Of a DNA stretch of 64,000 bases, positions 1 through 10,229 are shown piece after piece. The translations under genes and the position numbers were made by a program. The DNA is from Octopus bimaculoides (lineage: Eukaryota). Numbering within the stretch: position 1 is the stretch's first letter; each line of letters opens with the position of its first letter. The stretch lies in contig NC_068981.1 of the NCBI RefSeq assembly GCF_001194135.2, positions 108,286,886-108,350,885 of the forward strand, given 5' to 3'. Under the pieces are notes generated by a model. The model was not told where the DNA came from, ran no database searches, and saw nothing but the letters and a program-made list of their open reading frames with translations.

Positions 1-495
1 AGGTTGCTAATACTCTGAAACCAATTTCTTTTGAAGATTTCGGCTTCAATATCTCTCCAGTTGGCCTTCCTGAAACTTAAGTTCATGATGAGTGAGTTAT
101 GTTTAAGGTTATTTGAGTATGTTGCCCTCTTTGTACCATATACAGATAATTCTATAATGCTTTGCTCGGAAATAGTGGTGAGAATGACCTGAACATTGTG
201 AATGAAGACTAGGCCGAGTATGTTATTTTCCCTAATTGGACGGATAATGATTTGTTGTATGAGAAAGTCTTTAGTGCTATCGAGGAGAGCGTTTGTATCC
301 TTTCCTATTCAGTTGCTTAGTTCCAGGTTGACATAACCCTCAGAGCAGCTAAGACTAGGAAAATTAAAGACCCGTGTTAAAAGTATATTAGCCTGTGTGA
401 TGGCCTCAGCTAGGGTTAGACTTATGAGCGACAAAGCATCTCTGAAGTGATCTCTATGGTTAACCACGTCAGGAGGACGGTAGGTAATGCTTATA
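1..495 (-). mobile_element. Decayed non-LTR retrotransposon (CR1/L2/Jockey-type) APE endonuclease fragment
   Basis: Manual minus-strand translation gives ISITYRPPD, FNFPSL, FLIQQIIIRPIRENNILGLVF (LxQxVxxPTRxxNILDLVF motif) and NFRKANWRDIEAEIF, with stops and frameshifts. Confidence 0.7.
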
Positions 496-1879
496 TTTTT
501 TTTCTTTCATATAGATTAGTTTGAAATTGTTGAATACATTTCTTGTTGGAACTTCGCAAATTAGGTAATTTCGGAGCTGGTCTGCAATCATTAAGAGTTA
601 ATTGTTTCCTTTCAAAGTTTTTTTTAAAACTATTTTACAAAGGTTCTTCTATAACGCACATTTCAGTCATTTAGACTAATATTTCGAAAGTTCAAAAGAT
701 TTTATAAAAGAATTATGTGCACGTGTGTGTGTCTGTGTATCTGAATTGAAAGCTAATTTGAATAACACAGAAAATAATCTTTATAAATCAACAAAGCAAC
801 GAAAGATCCAGGTCAAATGGGAGAAATTCCAACTTATATGGGACAGATAATCAAAAAAAGTCCAGCAATGTAACAATGAGCACTAAATATCAAAGATAAA
901 AATAAATAATTTTGTTCTGTTGGCAAAACTTCGGACCTAACAACTTAAATGAATGAAACACCCATGTTTCCAGAGGTGACTTTAATCAAACCTCAAAGAA
1001 TGGCTATGAAGTTGGAAAATGTGGGTCGGTTTGTTCATTTGGAATATTTATTGTTGGCTCTTGAGAGATAGTTATGTTCTTATTGCTACTGCATTATCTA
1101 ATTTTATCGCACTGGTACTGCATATTGTATGCCATTATCCCAATAGTGGTGGTACTACTATAATGGATACAAACCATGTTACAGCATTTGGCGACAACAG
1201 GTTTGAAGCTCACATAGGTTGTAATTCACCTGCAAACCAAGCATTAAATTCTTTCCTACCTGATTGTCATCCTTATGAAATTCTCTTGCCCATGTATTTT
1301 CTTCTGCAGCCATCCATATATTAGTCAAGATTAACTACTTCAATCTTACAAGTTTTAACGACACAGCTCTTGCCTTTTGTCTCAGAAGGAATGCAAAAGC
1401 CAAGGATACAGACCCCTTTATCCAGCCAAATTGTTCATATAAAATTAAGCACCAGTTATGCACTGAGATTAATATAATTGACTTACTCATTCCCTCAAAA
1501 ACCAGGCTCCTGCCAATATGCTTGAATTACACTATTCTACTTGTTTCAGTTGATTGGATAATAGCTAATAAGGGGAAAAAGCTAACAAAATAGTTGAAAA
1601 AAAAAAGGGCTTTCAAATAGTTGCTTCATTTCCTAGAAATAGCAGCCAAATCTTCCTCAAATCAAACTCTACCATCATTTAGAAAATGTGTTACTGAGTA
1701 CACAGTACATAGAAAATTACCGAAAATTTTTTGAAAAGAATTGCACCAAATTTGGCAAAAATAATCATTGGGTGAGTGGTTTGAAACGAGATTATCTTCA
1801 AACATACATTAATACAAACACAGATACGCACAGCGTAATTTATTATATAAACAATATATGCGTATAGATTACCATTTTT

Positions 1880-2203
1880 CTGTAATTTTGTCTGCTTCAA
1901 AAGAAAACAAACCAAAAAAGCAGATGAAATATGTCATAATTACCAGAGAATAACAATTTTGACACCGGCAAAAATTATTGTCGACAAAAACAGCAGTAAC
2001 TGTATTCAGCTGAATAGACGTCAGTGATTGGTTGAAATTACCGAAATACGACAACTTTTAACATGAAATAACTTGCAAGATAGAAAGTTTTGTTACGAAG
2101 GCTAAGAGAAAAAGATGTTTTATATGACACATTCTACCAGTATCCCAAATTTGAAAGTGTTTCATTAAGAAAACAAGTGGCGCCCATCAAATCAGAAAGA
2201 TCC
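1880..2203. mobile_element. Partial copy of the MITE/MULE-like terminal repeat family also seen at 5876-6398 and 26303-27390
   Basis: Reverse complement aligns to about 5876-6250 (gattggttgaaattaccgaaatac, gacacattctaccagtat); ends in agaaagatcc. Confidence 0.6.
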
Positions 2204-3899
2204 GAGATTTATTGATGTTTGTGTTTATAGCGTATTGCTATTTTGGTTTCTGTTTCTATTTTCTTGGGTTTGGAGCTGTAATATGAAGGATCAGCCATAG
2301 ATCAGGGAGGTGTGGCAGAGAAGCAGAAGACTGAGTTAATGACGGACATGTTCCTTTATTTGCTGGTTGCTGTTCTGCCCCATGAAGCTGGAATGATGGT
2401 GTCGCGCTTGAACAAAGAATCCCATAAAGTAGATTTGCTAATGATGAGTGGATATCGCTGGCTGCTCTTGGCTCAACGCTTTCGCCATTCTATTCATGAG
2501 GCCTTGGTAAAACAAAATGTAGAATTTGTATATTTTAATAAATTATACGACTGGGTGAGGAGGCTTGATGTTCCAGTATCTACGTCGGTTTTACTTAAAT
2601 GTAAAATGCCCCCAAATGACCGTGTACACAGATTTTATCCTCAGAAATCACCCTAAATATAGCAACAACAACGATCATCATCACAGCAACAGCAACAACA
2701 CCACTCAACTAATACGATAAACATGTGTGTTTGTTCCATATTTCTTAATAATACTGACACAGTCACAACACACGATGACAACAAACGCCTAACAAGGTCT
2801 TGGATTTCTTGCAAAGACTTAAGACAACAGATTAATAATTGATGAAATTGAGATGTTTGGTCATTCATGGTTTTTGTTAAGAATCTAACCGATATAAATA
2901 GAGAAATCACTACAAACAATACAGATTAAGTGAGGTTTACAATTAATATTTCTAATAATTTGTAACAAGGGAATGTTATAAAATATTCCGCTTATAAACT
3001 GTAATCAAAGACAAGCATTACGTAAGAATACCGAAGAGAAAACAAAAACATTTAAATTAATAAAACAATGAGATAAAATCTGTTGATCTGTTGCTAATGA
3101 GCGCTGACGGCTCAATTATCGGCATCTCAGAGCAACCACAAAACTAAAACAAGTATCAAAAAAATTATTAGAAAATATAAAATTGATAAAAGAAATCCTA
3201 ACAACGCTAGTTAGATTTGGAATATATGATTGTTTTTACCTGTACAACACCAAACATTTCCTGATAACAATAGACTCGTCCAGAACTCTTTCAAAGAAAC
3301 GCAGCGTAATGAATCTTTTGACAGTTATTGTTGAGAGAAGTACCAGACAATATGCCTGTTACAACATCTGATTCCGAGGACAATATCGATACAAAAAGCA
3401 GCTCCAATATGTCTGCAGAAAATCCAGAGTCCAGTGAAGTTAACCAGTCGGCAGATTCTGATCAAATTAAGCGATCTAGAAGACAGCGAAAGAATATTCG
3501 CCGCCGGGAACTTCTCAAAACTGTGAAAAAGAAACCTCCGGTCAAGCATGCACCTCAGATATACAAACCCGTCTTGAAGGAATTTACTCCAATAATTTAT
3601 ACCTGACTTTAATAATGGTCACTGAATATTGTTTTAACTGTAATGGTGTTTGTTCAAGTTGTCTTACATAAAATTTTGTAATTTAACTGTATCTGGGTTT
3701 TGTGTCCTAAACCTTTCCACGCCAAATTTTGTTATCGTTCCGCATAAGATAGATTCTTTTTTAATAGAAGTGCTGTAGTTTTAGATTTATAATTCCATTG
3801 CTATTCTATTTTCATTGCAAATCAATATAAAAAGGTGTTGCTTCGGCGGAGTTTTGCAACAGCTAGCACTGCTTCGTGGGAAACGAAAAGGGGAAAAGA

Positions 3900-4750
3900 A
3901 TGGAATAGAGACTTTTTTATTTAATATTTGTGATTGCTATTCCAAAACTCCGTCATTTGATTTAGGTACAACTGATTTATCTATCAAGGTACCTAATTAT
4001 TGGAAAGTACTTTTGCCATAAAAATGTCTTCAGCCTAGCCCTAAAGGTTTGTATTTGTATTTACTATATTATAAAACTGGTCTTGAGTTCCATACTAAAT
4101 TTTTTTCATTTTTGTCACAGGCCTTCAAAAGGCTTATAAGCTTCTGATTTTAATTTTTCAGTTTTTTTCTCTGTTTAATTATTTAGTCTGTACTTGGCCG
4201 ACATAAATTCATCCGTTTGTATCCATGACATTTAAGTTCATCTGTAAAAACTTCAGCCACTTCAATCTTTAAAACCGGTAAACTTAAACCAATTGTTATT
4301 CTGCCACTTCTTTCCTAAGACTGGGCAACCTTTTTAAATATGTAGCTTAAGTAGCATAGCGTATCGATTTCACCTTTTTTATGGAATTTTCTGAAAAGTA
4401 ATTTTATTGGTTTGCACTCTTGCTGTGCTCATGAAAATATTGGGGATTTTTTTTTTTAAATTAGTTAATTGTTCCATGGCGACAGTTGTTTTAATCTGTA
4501 TAACTTACACATAAGTGAAAGGTACGTTAAAAAGCCAGATAGCCAGTGATTTTGGAACAAGATCCTTCATTTGCTTCCTTCGCCACAAATAAGAGGCGAG
4601 CTAAAAACTTTGAGCACAAGTTTAATAAAACCCTGACTTGTTTAATAAATTTTTAAGTTTTCATCTGTTTAATCCACACCAGTATCGAAAGAACCTCGCA
4701 TTTGTAATTTTCCATTAATTGCTATGACTTCGATGTAAGTCAAGTATAAC
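3900..4750 (-). mobile_element. Possible very old Ty3/gypsy pol relic
   Basis: Colinear weak motifs across broken frames: INGKLQMRGSFDTGVD (protease DTG-like), LGKKW, EVFTDELKC, LISLLKA..WNSRPVL. Recognition only, not verified. Confidence 0.3.
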
Positions 4751-5875
4751 ATTTAACCTGATCCTCCGCGTTACTCGTCAGTATTGCCATCTTTGAAGTG
4801 GTTTTTGCTGTGACAGTTACCGTCTTTCGCTATTCCTAGCTGCGTCTTTGGATTCTTTCCATGACCCACATTTAAAATTTAAGTCTTGTTCTATATTACT
4901 TTTCGCCATTCTGAGGTCTCTCAGCAGCTTTCAGTTTTTGAAATTTACTAAATACTATTTTGTCTCGAACCAATGAGGGAAACCTGTACGCAATTGCTCG
5001 ACCTGCTAGAAATAACTGCTAACTCTCCTTTAGTGCACCTACGTTGGATACACTTAAAGCGAAAAAACATGGTATTTGATTCTTTCTTTCAGCCGCACGA
5101 TTTTCGCTAAAAAAAACTCGGATTTTTTTGCGTGGAATCAAGTACCTTGACCTCCTAATATGCTGTAAATCCCTTATTTTGATTCGGAAAAAAAGGACTC
5201 CCCCCACCCCTGGAATCATTGGAAAATTTTTTTCGTTGAATTAATTCCTGTGACCTAATATGCTACTGTAGGGAAGTGGTTATACACCGCTTCCGTACAT
5301 TAAATTTCTAGAAGAAACAACGGAACGCAGATTCTGAACAACATAACAATATTTATTTACAGTGGAATTCAGTTCACGCTTGGAGGGAATTCGGTAGCTC
5401 GTCGCCCTCGGTTACTGAGACGCCTTCTGAATGANNNNNNNNNNNNNNNNNNNNNNNNNNNNNNNNNNNNNNNNNNNNNNNNNNNNNNNNNNNNNNNNNN
5501 NNNNNNNNNNNNNNNNNNNNNNNNNNNNNNNNNNNNNNNNNNNNNNNNNNNNNNNNNNNNNNNNNNNNNNNNNNNNNNNNNNNNNNNNNNNNNNNNNNNN
5601 NNNNNNNNNNNNNNNNNNNNNNNNNNNNNNNNNNNNNNNNNNNNNNNNNNNNNNNNNNNNNNNNNNNNNNNNNNNNNNNNNNNNNNNNNNNNNNNNNNNN
5701 NNNNNNNNNNNNNNNNNNNNNNNNNNNNNNNNNNNNNNNNNNNNNNNNNNNNNNNNNNNNNNNNNNNNNNNNNNNNNNNNNNNNNNNNNNNNNNNNNNNN
5801 NNNNNNNNNNNNNNNNNNNNNNNNNNNNNNNNNNNNNNNNNNNNNNNNNNNNNNNNNNNNNNNNTATCATTATAC

Positions 5876-6398
5876 GGATCTTTTCCCTTTGGCCGGCACA
5901 TTTAAAAAATAATTTTTTGTAACTAAACACTTTCAAAATTCGTATACTGGTAGAATGTGTCACATAAAACATCATTTACTCTTAGCGTTTTTGAGAAAAT
6001 TGTGTATTTTCGAAGTTATTTCGTGTTAAAGTTGTATTTCGGTAATTTCAACCAATCAATGACGTTTGTTGAGGTGAAAACAATTACTGCTGTTGTTTGT
6101 CAACAATAACTTCCGGCGGTGTATATTTCGTTTGTCATTGTTATTTATGACATATTTCATATCAGTTACGTTTGTATGAATAAACGAGTGTATCTGAAAC
6201 ATGTTTACTTCATGGCACCGCCACAATTGTTCGTTCATTTCTGCTGCTTATAGTTTTTTTCCCCTGTTTTTCAGCTACTATTTTAGGAAAGACATTTTTG
6301 CCCCCCTCCTCCTCCAATTTCTTCATTTTTCACATTTTTCCGTAATTCTAACCCTAACCCTAAAACCTTAACCCTAACTGTTCAAATGGAAAAGATCC
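5876..6398. mobile_element. Non-autonomous DNA transposon (MITE) with 11-bp TIR, 8-bp TSD and subterminal telomere-like CCCTAA repeats
   Basis: TIR GGATCTTTTCC (5876-5886) / GGAAAAGATCC (6388-6398); exact flanking duplication CATTATAC at 5868-5875 and 6399-6406; ctaaccctaaccctaaaaccttaaccctaac near the right end. Confidence 0.85.
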
Positions 6399-6406
6399 CA
6401 TTATAC

Positions 6407-6482
6407 ATCATCACCGTCGTTTAACGTCTGCTTTCCATGCTGGCATGGGTTGGACGGTTTGACTGAGGACTGGCAAGCCAGG
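6407..6482 (-). mobile_element. 3' tail of RTE-related SINE/LINE ending in (GAT)n
   Basis: catcaccgtcgtttaacgtctgctttccatgctggcatgggttggacgg; same tail at 34440-34559, 36061-36150, about 59200-59260 and 63950-63992. Confidence 0.8.
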
Positions 6483-7074
6483 TAAATCTGTTCGGGATTA
6501 TTATATATATTATATCCGGGGTCCGGTTTCCCCACCTTTCTTTCCGAACAAAAATAAGGAGATTGCAGCATATTAGGTCAGGGTACTTGATTCCACGTAA
6601 AAAATCCGAGTTTTCTTTTTTTCTTTCTTCTTCTTCTTAGTGAAAATGGTGCGGGTGAAAGGATCAAATAATACCATTTTGTTTGTATATTCGGAATCTC
6701 CGTCATCAAAAACCTAGGAATCCGATGAAAAAAAAAAAAAAAAAATTCCGAAAGCTCGGTTTTTGTGGATGGATGACTGTCGTCCAGCTCCACCCTTCTG
6801 TCTTATTTTATTTGTTTTTTTTTTTTTGTTAAAGCAGTAAGTTGAGGTAGATTTGAAATATTTTGGTGATATGCAGAAGTAGACTATGAAATCCTTAAAA
6901 TTCTAATATTTGCGAGACGATTGCAAAAGATTTAACAGTTTGGAAATTAAAATACCAGGAATACAAAGCGGCATATGGAATTCTATTGGTTTTAAGGGAA
7001 TCCTCGATAAATCATAGATGTGGCTTGTACACAATTGTGTGTCCAGATGCATTTACCATTTCTCTAAAATAATG

Positions 7075-7255
7075 ATTGTTTCAAATTTTGACACTGGGCG
7101 AGCAGTTTTTGGAGGGAGGGAGAAGTCGATGTAATCGATCCTAGTACTTGGCTGGTACTTGTTTTATCGACCTCGAAAGTCAACTTTGATAGCATTTGAA
7201 ATCGGAACGAAAAGCTGGAAGAAATGCCGGTAAGCATTCTGCCAGCTCCGTCACC
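7075..7255 (-). mobile_element. SINE copy with intact CpGs (same family at about 8362-8540 and 16743-16900)
   Basis: Three mutually alignable copies (aaattttgacac..gtcgatgtaatcgatcctagtact..ttttatcgacctcgaaag); B-box-like GTTCAAATT in the sister copy on the minus strand. Confidence 0.75.
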
Positions 7256-7351
7256 TTAGGGAATTTAAATTTCTGATAATTTGAAATGCTTACAAATGCC
7301 AACAAAATTTATGTACTTGGTTATCATTTCCTGCAAGACTTCTTTTAGTAC

Positions 7352-7998
7352 CCAAGAAATTAAAATGCAATTTAAAAAAAAAAGTTATAGAAAATATATA
7401 CAAAATAAATGAAGTATGCAAAAAATTAGAAAGATTCATCCATTTAAAAATATTTTATACTAAAAAATAAAACAAACCGAAAACAGGACGATACAAGGGG
7501 CGGTAATTTGCTTTTACTAATCAGGTATTATTAATGATAAGAGGGGCCTAATAGTAATTATATGATGTATAATTTATTTTCTCTGTAAACTGAAAATAAA
7601 AATTACAAAACTTGCATACGTCTTAAACATATTTACTCTATTTTATTTCTGTCGTATATTACATCATAAAATGGGCGACGGTAATGCGAGTGCACACCAC
7701 CTAACCCTAACGAGTGTGTACAGTAAAAAAAAATCTGATTAAAAACAATCAAGAATTTGCAAACGATATTGTCGGGCTCTTCGCATCATTAATAATACCC
7801 GACTGGTAAAAGTAAATTACCGCCCCTTGTATCGTCCGATATGTTTATATTCCACGGGTGCCCGTTTCTGTTTTATATTTTAGTATAAACTAATAGATGA
7901 ATCTTTCTTTTTTTCTTTTTCTTTTTTTGCATACATCATTTATTTTGTATATATTTTCCATTTTCATAACTTTTTAAAATTGCATTTCATTTTCTTGG
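7352..7998. mobile_element. Foldback/MITE with inverted arms of about 200-230 bp
   Basis: 7352-7555 aligns to the reverse complement of about 7765-7998 (e.g. ggacgatacaaggggcggtaattt / aaattaccgccccttgtatcgtcc); internal cctaaccctaac. Confidence 0.8.
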
Positions 7999-8911
7999 AG
8001 AGGTGCGTTTCTAAAGGAGCGTCGTGTGTTTTTGTTTTTTTATTGTATAATTTAAAAACATTTTTTTTTTCAAGGACAAATATATCATTCTGTATAGAAA
8101 TAACATTTATACGACACCAGAATAAAAGAATATTTAATACTATACAAAATAGATTTGAAATTGTCTTCAATTCAAAACGAGGAAGAATCTGAAGACTAAT
8201 TCTTGCACTTGCCATGGAAAAGAGTTTGGAATTGAAAATCTTGTGAAAGTACAATGCTAATACTGCCACTATTGAATACATTTTAGTTTCATTGTTTTCT
8301 CAGATATTCTGCAATAAAGCTATATAAACTACATTGAATATTGAAGAAATATTCTTTCTACTAAAGGCACAAGGCCTGAAATTTAGGAGAAGGAACTAGT
8401 AGATTACATTGATGCCAGTGTTCAACTAGCATGTATTTTATTAACTTTGAAAGGATAAAAGCTGACCTTTGTAGAATTTGAACTCAATACATAAAGCCAG
8501 TAGAAATGTTGCTAAGCATCTTGTCCAGCATACAAATGATTCTGCCAGCTTGCTTGCTTTAAGTATTGAAGCAATACTAAGATTTGAAATTGTAGTCTTA
8601 TAATTTCAATTTCCATTTTGACATCTATGATAAAGCTGGCAATAAGCTGGCAAATATAGCTATTACAAACATATAAATATTTTTATGTTTACTATATTTG
8701 AACATTGTTGACATATTGTAAGTACTTTTTGTTAAAGTACATCATTCCAACAAGCATTCAATAAGGAATAACTTGTCTGAAAATAAACACAGATTACACT
8801 TGCAACCAACATCAATATTGTTGCAAGACCAATAATAAATGTAGAGAAACAGTACTGACTTCACCCACTTACACTGTAGCCACCACCAGAGTTTAAAATG
8901 ACATTCTAGAG

Positions 8912-9138
8912 CAGTGATTCTCAGCCTTTTTTTGCCAGTATTCTTTGATTCCTATTTTACAGTACTGGGCCCCCATAGTCGTTTGATGTGTAATAAAAAG
9001 AAATCTCACTGTATTTTTATAAATAAACATTAGGAATTGTATAAAAAATATATATACATTTTGTATATTGCACATAAATTTTAACAACAAACTCTATGGA
9101 CCTCAAAGGGCCATATGGATACCAGTTGAGAACCCCTG
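8912..9138. mobile_element. hAT (Charlie-like) MITE
   Basis: Termini CAGTGATTCTCAGCC / GTTGAGAACCCCTG; 8-bp TSD TTCTAGAG / CTCTAGAG matches the NTCTAGAN target preference of Charlie-type hATs. Confidence 0.85.
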
Positions 9139-9769
9139 CTCTAGAGGTTTAAATGTTCACAAGGCTGAAAATTATTAAATTAATCAAAAGGATCAGTCTG
9201 GTATCTAGCTTGTATCTATTTATCTCTCAACACACATGCACAAGATTCTGCAATGTAATGGACAAGCATACAAGAAATGTCCAGACAGTGGAGAACAGAA
9301 TGTACTTCGTGCAAATTCATAGCTGCATGTTTTAACATATAGCATGGTTCTCATCCAAGTGCAGTTATAGTATATCTGAAGCAATAGATTTCTAAGTTGC
9401 ATGTGACATTTTTGACTGCTGACTGTTTTTTTTTACTCGAATCCTGTTTGTGGTCAGTATTCTTTCTCATTCTCAAAAACTGAATTCTTAGGATTTCTTT
9501 TTATCCAGAAAATACTGGTCAACTGAGTGGCCTTATAAAGTTGGCCATTTTTATGTTTCTCCATGGGTTAATGTTGCCTAATTCAATGATGTTGGCTGCA
9601 GTCAGTTGTTGTTGCTCTCTACCCATGGTAACGGCACTGAATTCTCAATGGTCCAATCCCATCTTATAATTTCGTAACATAGAGAAGATATAAACATCAC
9701 AATTCTTTTTAAATCTTCAAAAAGCAACCATAAATTCTAGTATTCTTCTCTCGGGAAATACTTAAGTCT

Positions 9770-9930
9770 GCATACCATCCACTTGATTAGCAAAGGCCCT
9801 TGCATCAACTCACGGCAACCTCTGGCCTACAGATACATTGCCTTCTCATTCAGCCTATTCAATCACTTCTACAACAGCCTCTACTTAATTTGTTAGGTGC
9901 TAACCCAATCCTTTTAACCCCTACCCCCAT
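9770..9930 (+). mobile_element. CR1/L2-type LINE 3' coding fragment
   Basis: IHLISKGPCINSRQPLAYRYIAFSFSLFNHFYN resembles the AIRLI..LQPLxHRRxxxxLSLFYRY C-terminal motif. Confidence 0.5.
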
Positions 9931-10229
9931 CTCTTTCCTTATATTAATCCTACTCTCTACCCCACTTTCTTCTCTTCCATAATGTCAGGCAATTGAAATG
10001 TCTCTTTTGAAGTCCTTGATATACAAATTTTCAAACTGAACATCAACTGTAATTATCTGACCGGTCTTGAAGTGCCTTCAAGGCTTTGATCATTTCTACA
10101 CAATAAAACATAAAAACAAGACATATCCTCCTAGGGTAATGTAGATGTCTTACAGTCTAACTGCTGTGGCATAATTGTATCTAAGCCATCAAAATACTAA
10201 GTCAAACATGCAACACAGCATGGTTATGA

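Noticed and set aside
1019-1324. 101-aa ORF and hydrophobic neighbouring frames, possibly a decayed receptor
   Set aside because: Non-ATG start, no recognisable motif or splice context, and length expected by chance
2312-2656. 114-aa ORF
   Set aside because: GTG start and no domain signature; lies among repeats
5374-5975. Long ORF-track entries spanning N runs (also 37180-37654, 53336-53856 in part, 54546-55811, 55904-56191)
   Set aside because: Artefacts of translating assembly gaps as X
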